A stretch of DNA of 64,000 nucleotides from positions 4,352,001-4,416,000 of the forward strand of contig OY762069.1 of assembly GCA_963665095.1 (NCBI GenBank). The letters run 5' to 3'. The notes beneath the pieces are model-generated. The model was not told the origin of the DNA. It worked only from the letters and a program-made list of their open reading frames with translations, and searched no databases. Position 1 is the first letter of the stretch. Every line of letters starts with the position of its first letter. Shown piece after piece: positions 42,366-52,496 of this stretch. The translations under genes were made by a program, and so were the position numbers. Source of the DNA: an uncultured Desulfobacter sp. GTDB taxonomy: Bacteria; Desulfobacterota; Desulfobacteria; Desulfobacterales; Desulfobacteraceae.

Positions 42366-43616
42366 ATGAGTAGTGACGCATCAAAGATCCTGGGCATTAA
42401 CGGACTTGGAAGAATTGGCAAACTGACCTTATGGCATCATGCCGGCAGAAAATTCTTTGATGAAATCGTCATCAACGTGGGCAGGGAAGTGGGAACCGGT
42501 ATGGACGATCTAATCCACTATATCGAACGGGACTCCTCCTATGGCCGCCTTGACGCATTTCTGCACGGATTTCAGGCCGAACCGGTGATCACAGATATTG
42601 ATCCTGACAGTGGCACGCTGAAAGTAAACGGGGTCAATATTAAAATTCTTCGGCAGCACCGTAACCCAAAGGATATTGAATGGGCACAGAACGGTGTGGA
42701 GCTTGTGGTGGACACAACGGGTCAGTTTCTGGACCCCAACCTCGGGGCCGAAGACCCCAAAGGCGCCATCCGGGGCCATCTGGAAGCCGGTGCCAGAAAA
42801 GTGGTTGCATCCGCCCCCTTTAAGATGAAACAGGGGGCCATGATGCCGGACGATGCCGTCACCACGGTTATGGGCATCAATGACAAGGATTATGACCCGG
42901 TCCGGCACTGTCTGATTTCCAATGCATCCTGCACCACCACCTGTCTGTCGCATATGGTCAAGCCGCTGCTGGATGCCTTTGGCCCGGAACGGGTTTTATC
43001 AGCCTCCATGGCCACGGTGCATGCGGCCACAGGATCCCAGCAGGTGCTGGACCGGCTGCCCAAGACCGGAAAAACAGATTTAAGAAAAAACCGGTCTATC
43101 ATGAATAACATTATTCTGACCACCACAGGTGCAGCCAAGGCATTGCAGCTGGTGATTCCTGAAATGGCAAGCATCGGATTCATTGCAGAGTCCGTTCGTA
43201 TTCCCACCTCCACAGGATCTTTGATCATTCTGGTCATTAATCTGCAGGAGGAGCTGGACAAACCGCCGGTGCGAAGGGAGCTGATCAACCAGATCTACCA
43301 GGACACCGCCAAAAGACAGACCAACGGCTACCTGGTCTTCACCAACAAACAGAATGTGTCATCGGACATCATCGGCACCCCCAGGGCCGCAGCGGTCATT
43401 GAAGGCCATGAAACCCATACCCGGACCGCATCCATTTCCATTAATCTTGGGCAGGTGCAGGGAATTGATAAAACGGTTCTTGAAAGCATTAAGGATCATG
43501 TGGGTTCCATCCAGGTAACCCAGGCGGTTATTTACGGCTGGTATGACAATGAGATGGCATCCTATGTGAATATGCTTGGCGACAGGACAGTAACAATCGC
43601 AGAATCCATGGACTAA
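42366..43616 (+). CDS. Atypical glyceraldehyde-3-phosphate dehydrogenase family protein
   Basis: GINGLGRIG, SNASCTTTCL, VHAATGSQ and GWYDNE; ~416 aa with insertions; start placed at ATG 42366. Confidence 0.85.
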   Translation: MSSDASKILGINGLGRIGKLTLWHHAGRKFFDEIVINVGREVGTGMDDLIHYIERDSSYGRLDAFLHGFQAEPVITDIDPDSGTLKVNGVNIKILRQHRNPKDIEWAQNGVELVVDTTGQFLDPNLGAEDPKGAIRGHLEAGARKVVASAPFKMKQGAMMPDDAVTTVMGINDKDYDPVRHCLISNASCTTTCLSHMVKPLLDAFGPERVLSASMATVHAATGSQQVLDRLPKTGKTDLRKNRSIMNNIILTTTGAAKALQLVIPEMASIGFIAESVRIPTSTGSLIILVINLQEELDKPPVRRELINQIYQDTAKRQTNGYLVFTNKQNVSSDIIGTPRAAAVIEGHETHTRTASISINLGQVQGIDKTVLESIKDHVGSIQVTQAVIYGWYDNEMASYVNMLGDRTVTIAESMD

Positions 43617-43742
43617 GTTTTTGGGCGAAAACTTACCCACCTGCGGCGTTGCTGCGGGAGTTTGTAATCCTCACAACCTGAAGGCTGCTCCGGTTACAAA
43701 CTCCCTTGCGCCTTGCATCTGGGCAAGTTTTCGCCCAAAAAC
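43617..43742. repeat. Structured dispersed repeat/MITE, copy E (divergent, covarying stems)
   Basis: GTTTTTGGGCGAAAACTTACCCAC...TGGGCAAGTTTTCGCCCAAAAAC, directly after the GAPDH-like TAA. Confidence 0.85.
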
Positions 43743-43745
43743 CTC

Positions 43746-43856
43746 AATATTGATGGTCCCGTAAAAATCGAAAAAGACGAAACTGCTATTAATAAAGTCA
43801 GTAGGTTGTATTAAAAAATTTGCTAAAATCGAACTTTTTACGAGTGCATCAATATT
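43746..43856. mobile_element. Second MITE-like element (99 bp) with imperfect TIRs and AATATT flanks
   Basis: aatatt-GATGGTCCCGTAAAAA...TTTTTACGAGTGCATC-aatatt. Confidence 0.6.
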
Positions 43857-43941
43857 GGTGTCTTCGTTTTTTCGTGGTGGGACCTTGTCTTTTTTATTCA
43901 AGATGCTCTGCGGATGTTCCTGAATCGTCCTGCCAAAGAGG

Positions 43942-45531
43942 TTATGCCCGGACAGCCTCGAATTCATCCATGGGCTCCTCAACCGGCTCATCTGCATATT
44001 TTTCGCGAACTTCAAGAATTTGATTCCTTACCTTGAATGCGGCCTCCACCAGATGGGGATCAAAAATTTTACCACGGCTTGCTATTAGATAATCAAAAAC
44101 TTTATCCATGGGCCAGGCAGGTTTGTAAACCCTGTGACTGGCCAGGGCGTCAAGAATGTCTGCCAGACAGGTAAGTCTTCCGGCAAGGGGGATCTGAACG
44201 CCTTTCAGCCCCTGGGGGTATCCGGTGCCGTCCCAGCGTTCATGGTGGGTATGTGCAATGGTCGCAGCCATGGTTAGAAGTCTGCGCTTTGAGGTTGAAA
44301 GAATTTTATGCCCGATTGACGTATGTGATTTCATGATTCCGAATTCCTCAGGTGTCAACCGTCCGGGTTTAAGCAGGATGGCGTCGGGAATGGCAATTTT
44401 CCCCACATCATGCATGGGCGCTGCACACTTGATCTGTTCCACTTCTCTGGCGTCGTATCCTGCGGCCCGGCCGATCATACCGATATATTCAGCCACCCGG
44501 ATCACATGGTATGCGGTTTCCTTGGACCGGTTCTCCACCAGCTCTCCCAAAAGAAGAATAATTTCCTGCTGGGTCTCCTTAATCTCCTGATTCAGGTAAC
44601 GATTGTCAAAGGCAATGCCAACATTTCTGCTGAAAATTTCCAGCAACTGCTGGTATTCATGGGACATATCCTTATCGCACCCTTCAAGATAAAAAAGGTG
44701 ATGCCTGTTCTGCTGGGTTGGGAAGTATCCCACATAGCTGTCTTCAAAATGCAGGCTTCTTTTTTCTTCAACCACCTGTTCGAAACGTTCTTTGAGTTCA
44801 GGCGTCAACTGGATTTTCTTTTGGCCCTGGCCTTCCTGACCGAATTTACCGGTTCCGGCAATAAGTTCGTATTCTCCGGCAGAATCCTGGGCCAGGGTAC
44901 ACCCTTCATTGCGGACATACATGGAATTTTTGTGCTTAAAAAGAGCCGCGATCTGGGTGAGAACCCCCTGTGCCAGCTGCTTGATGGATGGTTCTTTAAA
45001 CAATCCACCTGAGGCTTCAACAATATGCCGGAGGCCTTCCCGGTTTTTTTCTATGGCCTGCATATCCCTGTATGAGCGAATGGCAGTATATACCGTCGTA
45101 AAAAGCTTTTGTGCCGTGAGATCTGTTTTCTGCTTATAATCGTTAATATCGTAATCCACAATCACATTTCGTTCAGGCGCCTGCCCGGGCTGGCCGGTGC
45201 GAAGGATGATTCTGAGCATGCTGTTATTCAGGTCTTCCCTGATCAGTTTCACCAGCTCAAGTCCGGCATGATCTGACTCCATAACCACATCTAAAAGCAT
45301 AACTGCGGCATCTTCATGAATTTTTATCAGATCAATGGCCTCCTGGGCCGTATATGCTGAAATAAACTCCAGTCCGGCACCTTCAAAATCAAAATCGTCC
45401 AGCACCAGCCGGGTTGCTGTGTGAATATCAGGCTCATCGTCAACGATGATAAGTTTCCACGATTTTTTATCTGACTGGGATTCCGGAGCATCACCGTCCT
45501 CAGGGTCAAAAACCAGTAAGCCTTCTTCCAT
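43942..45531 (-). CDS. REC-DUF3369-HD-GYP c-di-GMP phosphodiesterase
   Basis: REC (LLDVVME, RTGQPG); MHDVGKI and HHERWDGTGYP. Confidence 0.9.
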   Translation of the reverse strand: MEEGLLVFDPEDGDAPESQSDKKSWKLIIVDDEPDIHTATRLVLDDFDFEGAGLEFISAYTAQEAIDLIKIHEDAAVMLLDVVMESDHAGLELVKLIREDLNNSMLRIILRTGQPGQAPERNVIVDYDINDYKQKTDLTAQKLFTTVYTAIRSYRDMQAIEKNREGLRHIVEASGGLFKEPSIKQLAQGVLTQIAALFKHKNSMYVRNEGCTLAQDSAGEYELIAGTGKFGQEGQGQKKIQLTPELKERFEQVVEEKRSLHFEDSYVGYFPTQQNRHHLFYLEGCDKDMSHEYQQLLEIFSRNVGIAFDNRYLNQEIKETQQEIILLLGELVENRSKETAYHVIRVAEYIGMIGRAAGYDAREVEQIKCAAPMHDVGKIAIPDAILLKPGRLTPEEFGIMKSHTSIGHKILSTSKRRLLTMAATIAHTHHERWDGTGYPQGLKGVQIPLAGRLTCLADILDALASHRVYKPAWPMDKVFDYLIASRGKIFDPHLVEAAFKVRNQILEVREKYADEPVEEPMDEFEAVRA

Positions 45532-45969
45532 ATATTATATAACTCCGCAAAAAATTCGTGTGGTCTACGTTTTTCAATGCGTGTCATAGCCCTCGGATAT
45601 ACCGCAGGACAACACATCGCATTTGCCTGTCAATAATTACATGGGGAATTACATTCCTGCGCCTTTTTATTCAAATTTCAATTTAAAAATGAGGCGATTA
45701 TTCTGCGAGGCGATATTTTGAATGTAAGCCACCAGACTGCAAATTGTCAAGGCGATAACAAAATTCCCAGCACCTTTTGATATATATCAAACGGCAGAAA
45801 CAAAGCCCGGCACCAGCTTTACAGTGACATGGACCTGGCAACTGATCCTGGTATTGTCCAATGACACATGATACTTTTTATTAATGACAGGAATGCTGGC
45901 ATTTGACAACAAATCTAAACGGTTGTACATATATTTTCATTTTAGGGTGGGAGGAGACAGACTTTTTCC

Positions 45970-47121
45970 ATGGGCATCCAGCAACAATCCATTTTAAAAA
46001 AGTGTACATGCCTTTTTGGCATCGCTGTCAGCCTGGTGATTTGCATTTTTTGGAGTTTTACCCCCGGGCTTTCTGCAAATGAAAGTCGTAAAGTTAGAAT
46101 AGCTGTCTTGAACTTTGAAGCTGCTGGGGCAAAAGCTCGAACCGGAGAATGGGCCGCGGCCTGTACTGAATGGATGCAGTCATACTTAGTGGCAACCAGC
46201 CGTTTTGACATTGTTGAAAGAGTTCAAATTCAAAAAATAATTGCAGAACAGGCTTTGGGCCAATCCGGCCGGATTGACCCTGAAACTGCCGCAAAAACCG
46301 GTAAATTGCTGGGTGTTGATATAATGCTGATAGGGCGTCTGATTCCGTTAGGTACTGAAATTGAAGTGGTGGTTCGCCTTGTGGACGTTCATACCGGTAT
46401 CATTTTTGATTCTTTTTATTCTCAGGTAGAAAATCCAATGGCGCTTAAAGGCACTTTAAATGATATCGCCTCATCCATCTCCTTCCGGCATAACGAACTG
46501 GACACTGACGGCAGGATCAAAAAATGGCGTTATGCTACCTCCTTTTCAAATGAAAACATCACTATTGATTTCTGGACACCGTCCTATGGCAAGGGGATGT
46601 CATCTGAGGAAATAGATAATATCAAAGTCGAGATAGCAAAGAATGCACTTCACATCAATGGCTGCTTTCATCCGGCAAAAAGGCCGAAACGGTATTTCAG
46701 CTATGAACTGCCGGCTGAAAACTACGCTGAAATGAAAATCCGCTTTCGGCTCAAAGAAATTAAGGGCAACATCTCCATTTGCCAGGGGAATGAGTGGGGA
46801 GAAGGAAGAGACAGCTACGAATTGATGTGCATGTGGTTCAATCAAGAGCTTGGAGAAATCTCTATTATACATAAACCCACCGGTGCTGAGGAGGAGACAG
46901 AGTCCCCTATCAATTTATCTTTAGCGCCCGGTATGCGTTATGAAATTTCTCTGCAACAAACGGAGATAGAAACCCTCTTTTACTTCGGGGAAACGCTTAT
47001 CGCATCCCGCAAGCACAATCAGACCCCTGCAGACAAATTAAACGGCAATTTCTATTTGTTAATTATTCCGGAAGGGACAAAATCTTTTCATCTGGTCATT
47101 GACGAGTTGCTTTTACGGTGA
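45970..47121 (+). CDS. Exported CsgG/FlgO-like domain protein
   Basis: Signal/TM; RIAVLNFE...FDIVER.QIQKIIAEQ...GKLLGVD; beta-rich C-terminal domain. Confidence 0.65.
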   Translation: MGIQQQSILKKCTCLFGIAVSLVICIFWSFTPGLSANESRKVRIAVLNFEAAGAKARTGEWAAACTEWMQSYLVATSRFDIVERVQIQKIIAEQALGQSGRIDPETAAKTGKLLGVDIMLIGRLIPLGTEIEVVVRLVDVHTGIIFDSFYSQVENPMALKGTLNDIASSISFRHNELDTDGRIKKWRYATSFSNENITIDFWTPSYGKGMSSEEIDNIKVEIAKNALHINGCFHPAKRPKRYFSYELPAENYAEMKIRFRLKEIKGNISICQGNEWGEGRDSYELMCMWFNQELGEISIIHKPTGAEEETESPINLSLAPGMRYEISLQQTEIETLFYFGETLIASRKHNQTPADKLNGNFYLLIIPEGTKSFHLVIDELLLR

Positions 47122-47277
47122 GGTTGTCGCATTAATCTCTACCCTTTTGTTCTTTAAAAAAGACCGCTTGTCCACCGTTTTAGGATAAAATCAAAGGCTG
47201 ACCATGCACTTTTGCTAAGATACCTTCTTTCTGAAACTGAACAGATCGAATTGCCATCGCACCTGTTTTTGACCCGG

Positions 47278-49005
47278 CTAAATACCTTCAAGTGCCTGTT
47301 TCAACGCATTGATGGAAAAGGGCTTGGACAGGGCTGCAGAAAATCCGTAGACAGCGTAGTTCTCCATGACATTGTCATTGGAATATCCTGAGGCAACAAT
47401 TCCCTTGATACCCGGATTCAGCGCCACCAGTTTTTCCATGGTCTCTTCACCACCCATGCCATGCTTGACCTCAAGGTCAAGGATCACTTTCCCAATAATT
47501 TTTCCTTCCACAAGGCATGCCTGATATTTTTCCACGGCTTCTTCTCCAGAACGGGCCGATACGGGCTCATAGCCAAGCTGGCGAAGGATTTTTTCTGTAA
47601 TTTGGAGAATCATGACATCGTCGTCCATAAACAGAACATGAGGTTTTTGTATCTCTGCCTGGGCAGGTCTTCCCCTCCCGGGTGCTGCCTCTTTGGGCCG
47701 TGGGGTCTCTTTGGGCAGGTCCTTTGGAAATATTGGCAGAATGATATCCACGGTTGTTCCCTGGCCCTGGGTGGAACGAATTTGAATGTTACCCTGGTGA
47801 TTCTTCACAATGGCCCAGGCAATGGACAGCCCCAGACCGGTTCCCCTGCTGGCACCTTTGGGTTTGGTGGAAAAATAGGGATCAAACACTTTCTCCAGAT
47901 TTTCAGCGCTGATGCCTCTGCCATGATCTGTGACCGAAATGGCAATCATGCCTTTCCTGCCGGAAAACGGCCGGGCAAAAATCTTTACAGGCTCAGGGTC
48001 ATCCATGGCTTCCCAGGCATTGATAATAACGTTCTTCAGTGCCTCCTTGAGCTGATCACTGTCAGCTTCAATAACAGGCGGCAATTCCCGGATCTCAAGA
48101 TGGTGGGGGATCTCCTGTATCCTTGTGAGCGCTTCCAGAGCCTCTTTTAAAAACCCTGTCAGATCTATATGGGATTTAATACCCACAGTACCGGCACTCG
48201 AAAAAATAACAAACTTTGACGCCAGATTTTTTGCCTGGAGAACGGACTGTTCGGCATCATCCAGATATTCCTTGATGGATTCGCTGCCAGTGGACATCTG
48301 GGCCAGATTGATATTGCCCAGAGTAATGGAAAGGGTATTGTTAAAATCGTGGGCAATACCGCCGGCCAGCGTACCAATAGCTTCAAGCTTCTGAGCGCGG
48401 ATCAGGCGTTTTTTGGTCCTGTCCAATTCTTTCTCCGCCCGTTTTTTTTCTATGGCTGCAGCAATGGTATCTGATACAAAATTAAGCAGCTCAACATGGC
48501 CTTGATTGTATTTAACCGGGTTTGTATAGCTTTTTACCGCCATAACCCCAAGGACTTCTGTTTTAACCATCAGTGGAATACCCAGCCAGTTTTTTGGCAG
48601 CCGCCCCCGGACCCGGCCTTTTGCACCCAGTTCGATAAGCTGCTGTTCATCCAGCAGCAAAGGTGCTTTTTTTATAATGACATCACCTGTTAATGTAGGC
48701 TTTTCATCAAATCTGTAAACCCACTTCGGGGAGAGATCTGCCTCCTGATCCCGCCGAAACACATATTCAATGGCTTTTTTGTCCCGGTGGTACAGGGCAA
48801 TAAAAAAATTGGAGATGTCCATAAGGCCGGATACGCGCCGATAGATGGACGAATACAGATCTTCAAGGGATTCACATGTGTTCAGATCAGAGGCAATATA
48901 GAAAAGCGTTTTATTGATCAGTTCAGCCCGCCGGGCTCTTTGAACAGAATTCTCCAGTCTTTTGATCTGTTGCTCAAGCATTTCATAACTGGGTTTGTCA
49001 CTCAT
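47278..49005 (-). CDS. GAF hybrid histidine kinase (GAF-HisKA-HATPase-REC)
   Basis: WLGIPL GAF; LAGGIAHDFNN; GTGLGL; C-terminal REC. Confidence 0.9.
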   Translation of the reverse strand: MSDKPSYEMLEQQIKRLENSVQRARRAELINKTLFYIASDLNTCESLEDLYSSIYRRVSGLMDISNFFIALYHRDKKAIEYVFRRDQEADLSPKWVYRFDEKPTLTGDVIIKKAPLLLDEQQLIELGAKGRVRGRLPKNWLGIPLMVKTEVLGVMAVKSYTNPVKYNQGHVELLNFVSDTIAAAIEKKRAEKELDRTKKRLIRAQKLEAIGTLAGGIAHDFNNTLSITLGNINLAQMSTGSESIKEYLDDAEQSVLQAKNLASKFVIFSSAGTVGIKSHIDLTGFLKEALEALTRIQEIPHHLEIRELPPVIEADSDQLKEALKNVIINAWEAMDDPEPVKIFARPFSGRKGMIAISVTDHGRGISAENLEKVFDPYFSTKPKGASRGTGLGLSIAWAIVKNHQGNIQIRSTQGQGTTVDIILPIFPKDLPKETPRPKEAAPGRGRPAQAEIQKPHVLFMDDDVMILQITEKILRQLGYEPVSARSGEEAVEKYQACLVEGKIIGKVILDLEVKHGMGGEETMEKLVALNPGIKGIVASGYSNDNVMENYAVYGFSAALSKPFSINALKQALEGI

Positions 49006-49237
49006 TGTGCTTTACCTGTAAATTCAATCTGTTTAGCCCGGATACTTTATCAAACTATTGGGATAGTATATAGAGAAAATTCTAAAAAAACACAAATGAC
49101 ACAGAAAATTCAAACCATTTTAAATAAAATCCAAATTTTGCAACCTGCATTATTGGTTGACTAACGCTTTGAATTTAATCTATATATACCGTTTGTATAT
49201 TTTTTAAGATTAAAACAATAAGCATAAAGATATTAAA

Positions 49238-50500
49238 ATGCAGACTATACGCGGGTTCAGAGATATTTTGCCTGAGCAGATAGGGCTTTGGCAGAAAGTG
49301 GAAAAAGAGGCGGCAAATCTGTTTGAATCATTCGGGTACAGGGAGATCCGGATCCCCATCCTGGAAAAAACCGAACTGTTTGCCCGAAGCATCGGGGATA
49401 CCACCGATATTGTTGAAAAAGAAATGTATACCTTTGAGGACAGAAAAGGCGATATGCTCACCCTCCGTCCCGAGGCCACAGCGTCTATTTGCAGGGCATA
49501 TATCCAGCATAAAATATATGCCGGCGATCCCATGCAGAAATTTTTTCTGACAGGCCCCATGTTCCGCCGGGAGCGCCCGCAAAAAGGAAGATACCGTCAG
49601 TTTTATCAGATTGATGCAGAGGTTTTCGGGGTTGAATCTCCTTATATCGACAGTGAACTGATTTTTCTTCTAAATACTCTTTTCAGCCGCCTGGGACTTA
49701 AAGACCTTTCCGCCCATGTAAACAGCCTTGGCTGTCCAGTGTGCCGGCCTGCTTTTCAGGAGGCCCTGCTTGATTTTCTTGGTGAACGGAAAGCCTCATT
49801 GTGTGAGAACTGCAAGCGGCGAATGGATAAAAATCCCTTGCGGATACTGGACTGCAAAATGGAAACATGCAGACAGGTTCTTGAAGGGGCACCAGCTACG
49901 GTGGACCACCTGTGCCAGGCGTGTACCGACCATTTTGACACTGTAAAAGCCAGTCTGGAAAAACTTGGGGTGGATTTTATGGTGGATAACAGCCTGGTCA
50001 GGGGGCTTGACTACTACACCCGTACGGCCTGGGAGGTTCAGACAACAAGCCTGGGTGCGCAGTCTGCTGTTGCCGGAGGGGGACGATACGACCGTCTGGT
50101 GGAAGAACTGGGGGGACCGCCAACGCCTGCCATCGGGTTTGCCATCGGGTTTGACCGCCTGGTGGAAGTGATGGAACAGCTTGGAGACGATACCTCCGAA
50201 AAGGGGCCGGATATTTTTATTGTCAGTCTCGGACCAGAGGCCCAGGATTACGCCTTTCACTGTTCCTGCAGGCTGAATGATATGGGCATCCGGACAGAGG
50301 CGGACTTTCGCGGAAAAAGCATGAAAGCGCTGATGAAACGGGCAGACAAGCTTGGTGCATCCTATGTTCTGATAGCCGGAGATAACGAGCTTGCAGAAAA
50401 AAAGGTGGTGTTGCGCAATATGGCAACAAAGGAACAGACAGAAATAGGCCTGGAAACCCTGATGGAAGACCTGCCCAAATTAATAACAGTTGCGGGCTGA
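49238..50500 (+). CDS. hisS: Histidyl-tRNA synthetase
   Basis: LRPEATA, RERPQKGRYRQF, LVRGLDYY and GGGRYD. Confidence 0.97.
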   Translation: MQTIRGFRDILPEQIGLWQKVEKEAANLFESFGYREIRIPILEKTELFARSIGDTTDIVEKEMYTFEDRKGDMLTLRPEATASICRAYIQHKIYAGDPMQKFFLTGPMFRRERPQKGRYRQFYQIDAEVFGVESPYIDSELIFLLNTLFSRLGLKDLSAHVNSLGCPVCRPAFQEALLDFLGERKASLCENCKRRMDKNPLRILDCKMETCRQVLEGAPATVDHLCQACTDHFDTVKASLEKLGVDFMVDNSLVRGLDYYTRTAWEVQTTSLGAQSAVAGGGRYDRLVEELGGPPTPAIGFAIGFDRLVEVMEQLGDDTSEKGPDIFIVSLGPEAQDYAFHCSCRLNDMGIRTEADFRGKSMKALMKRADKLGASYVLIAGDNELAEKKVVLRNMATKEQTEIGLETLMEDLPKLITVAG

Positions 50501-50604
50501 TCTGATTTTGCTCCCAGATTCACCCCATAAACAGAACATGAAAGAGATCCGGAAGGGTTCGGACTCTTTCATATAAAAACTAAAATGGAGTTTAAGGAAA
50601 TAAA

Positions 50605-52392
50605 GTGACGGATTTACTTGGAGATATGAAACGGACACACTCCTGCATTGAATTAAATGATACCCACATTGGCCAGGAAGTTGTCCTCATGGGCTGGGTT
50701 CAGCACCGCCGGGACCACGGCGGGGTTATTTTTGTGGACCTTCGGGACCGGGAAGGCATTACCCAGGTTGTATTTGATCCGTCGGTATCCCAGGCTGTTC
50801 ATCAGAAAGCCCAGGACATTAGAAGCGAATATGTTCTGGGGGTCAGAGGCAAGGTGGCAGGGCGGCCTGCAGATATGGTCAACCCCAAAATGACCACTGG
50901 TGCCATTGAGATTCTTGTGGAAGAACTTCGAATTTTTTCCATAGCCAAGACCCCGCCCTTTCAGATCGAAGACCGGGTGGATGCCTCAGAGCTTATCCGG
51001 TTGCAGTACCGGTATCTGGATTTAAGGCGCACCCAGCTGAAAAACAACATTCTGGCCCGGCATAAAACCACCATGACCGTAAGAAATTACCTGGATGACA
51101 AAGGATTCGTGGATATTGAAACCCCGTTTCTGACCAAAAGCACCCCTGAAGGAGCCAGGGACTATCTGGTACCCTCCCGGGTCAACCAGGGAGATTTTTA
51201 TGCCCTGCCCCAGTCTCCCCAGCTTTTCAAACAGCTTTTGATGATCTCCGGCTTTGACCGGTACTATCAGATTGTGAAGTGCTTCAGGGACGAGGATCTG
51301 CGGGCGGACCGTCAGCCTGAGTTCACCCAGATCGATATGGAGCTCTCCTTTGTGGATGAAAAGACCGTGATGGAGATTACAGAAGGTCTGATTAAATCCA
51401 TATTCAAGAATGTACTGAACCTGGATTTCACAGAACCCTTTCCCAGCATGACCTGGGCCGAGGCCATGGACCGGTTCGGCATTGACCGCCCGGATTTGCG
51501 GTTTGACCTGGAGCTCAAAAATGTCTCCGACATTGTGGCCAATGCCGACTTCAAGGTGTTTGCCTCTGTAGTAAAAAAAGGGGGCCTGGTCAAGGCCATC
51601 AATGCCAAGGGCTGTGCCGAGTTTACCCGCAGAGAAATTGATGAACTCACCGAATTTGCAGCCGTTTACAGAGCCAAAGGTCTTGCCTGGATAAAAATCA
51701 AGGAAGACCAGTGGCAGTCCCCCATTGCCAAGTTTTTCTCCGATGATGAAAAACAGGCCCTTATAGAGCGCCTGGACCTTGAGCCCGGAGATATTGTCTT
51801 TTTTGTGGCGGACCAGCCCAAAGTCACCAATGAAGCCCTGGGTCAGCTGAGAAATGAACTGGCACGCAGGCTGGGGCTTATTGATGAAAATGAGTTTAAA
51901 TTTACCTGGATTACCCACTTTCCCATGTTTGAATATGATGAAACAGAAAAACGCTACCAGGCACTTCATCATCCGTTTACGGCTCCCATGGAAGAGGACC
52001 TTGAGAAACTGGAGACAGATCCCCTCGCAGTTAACTCCAGGGCCTATGACCTGGTTCTTAACGGCATTGAGATTGGTGGCGGCAGCATCCGTATCCACGA
52101 CAGCGCGCTTCAGGAACGGGTACTTAAATGCCTGGGAATCGGTGAAAAGGAGGCAAAGGAAAAATTTGGATTTCTGCTGGATGCGTTAAGTTTCGGGGCA
52201 CCTCCCCATGGCGGCCTGGCGTTCGGCCTGGACAGGCTGGTCATGCTGCTGTGCCGTGAGGACTCCATCCGTAACGTGATTGCCTTTCCCAAAACCCAGA
52301 AAGCCACCTGCCTGATGACCGGTGCACCGTCTAAGGCTGCCCCGGGCCAGCTCCAGGAACTGGCTATTAAAACGCTTAAAGTGGTGGAATAA
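50605..52392 (+). CDS. aspS: Aspartyl-tRNA synthetase
   Basis: RDHGGVIFVDLRD, PQSPQLFKQ, FRDEDLRADRQPEFTQ and PPHGGLAFGLDR. Confidence 0.97.
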   Translation: MTDLLGDMKRTHSCIELNDTHIGQEVVLMGWVQHRRDHGGVIFVDLRDREGITQVVFDPSVSQAVHQKAQDIRSEYVLGVRGKVAGRPADMVNPKMTTGAIEILVEELRIFSIAKTPPFQIEDRVDASELIRLQYRYLDLRRTQLKNNILARHKTTMTVRNYLDDKGFVDIETPFLTKSTPEGARDYLVPSRVNQGDFYALPQSPQLFKQLLMISGFDRYYQIVKCFRDEDLRADRQPEFTQIDMELSFVDEKTVMEITEGLIKSIFKNVLNLDFTEPFPSMTWAEAMDRFGIDRPDLRFDLELKNVSDIVANADFKVFASVVKKGGLVKAINAKGCAEFTRREIDELTEFAAVYRAKGLAWIKIKEDQWQSPIAKFFSDDEKQALIERLDLEPGDIVFFVADQPKVTNEALGQLRNELARRLGLIDENEFKFTWITHFPMFEYDETEKRYQALHHPFTAPMEEDLEKLETDPLAVNSRAYDLVLNGIEIGGGSIRIHDSALQERVLKCLGIGEKEAKEKFGFLLDALSFGAPPHGGLAFGLDRLVMLLCREDSIRNVIAFPKTQKATCLMTGAPSKAAPGQLQELAIKTLKVVE

Positions 52393-52423
52393 GTTGTAAT
52401 TAATACATCGTCGTACCGTATAT

Positions 52424-52469
52424 AAAAAAAGCCCGGAGGCCATATTTCTTCTTCCGGGCTTTTATTTTT
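52424..52469. terminator. Bidirectional terminator between aspS and minE
   Basis: AAAAGCCCGGA...TCCGGGCTTTT with A and T flanks. Confidence 0.7.
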
Positions 52470-52496
52470 AAGGTATAGCTGAAATATATTTACGTT

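Noticed and set aside
42340..42370. A frameshift hiding the PPDK C-terminal domain
   Set aside because: The downstream sequence is an intact GAPDH-like ORF; no PEP-barrel motifs appear in the other frames of the ORF track.
19133..44015. Short ORFs sharing peptides such as LHKAA, LCAATPQV and AQMQGA (19133, 28972, 29755, 29766, 37780, 43671)
   Set aside because: They are translations of the non-coding repeat in inconsistent frames and strands.
45570..45635. Hairpin with GGCAAA upstream of the HD-GYP gene as a c-di-GMP-I riboswitch
   Set aside because: Lacks the GNRA-capped stem and the GACGCAAA/receptor elements.
50538..50572. Hairpin between hisS and aspS
   Set aside because: No U-tract or T-box motif; most likely an ordinary intercistronic stability hairpin.
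51022..52098. 358-aa antisense ORF, and similar long shadows within PFOR and the kinases
   Set aside because: Fully antisense to well-conserved genes; a codon-bias shadow with no recognisable motif.
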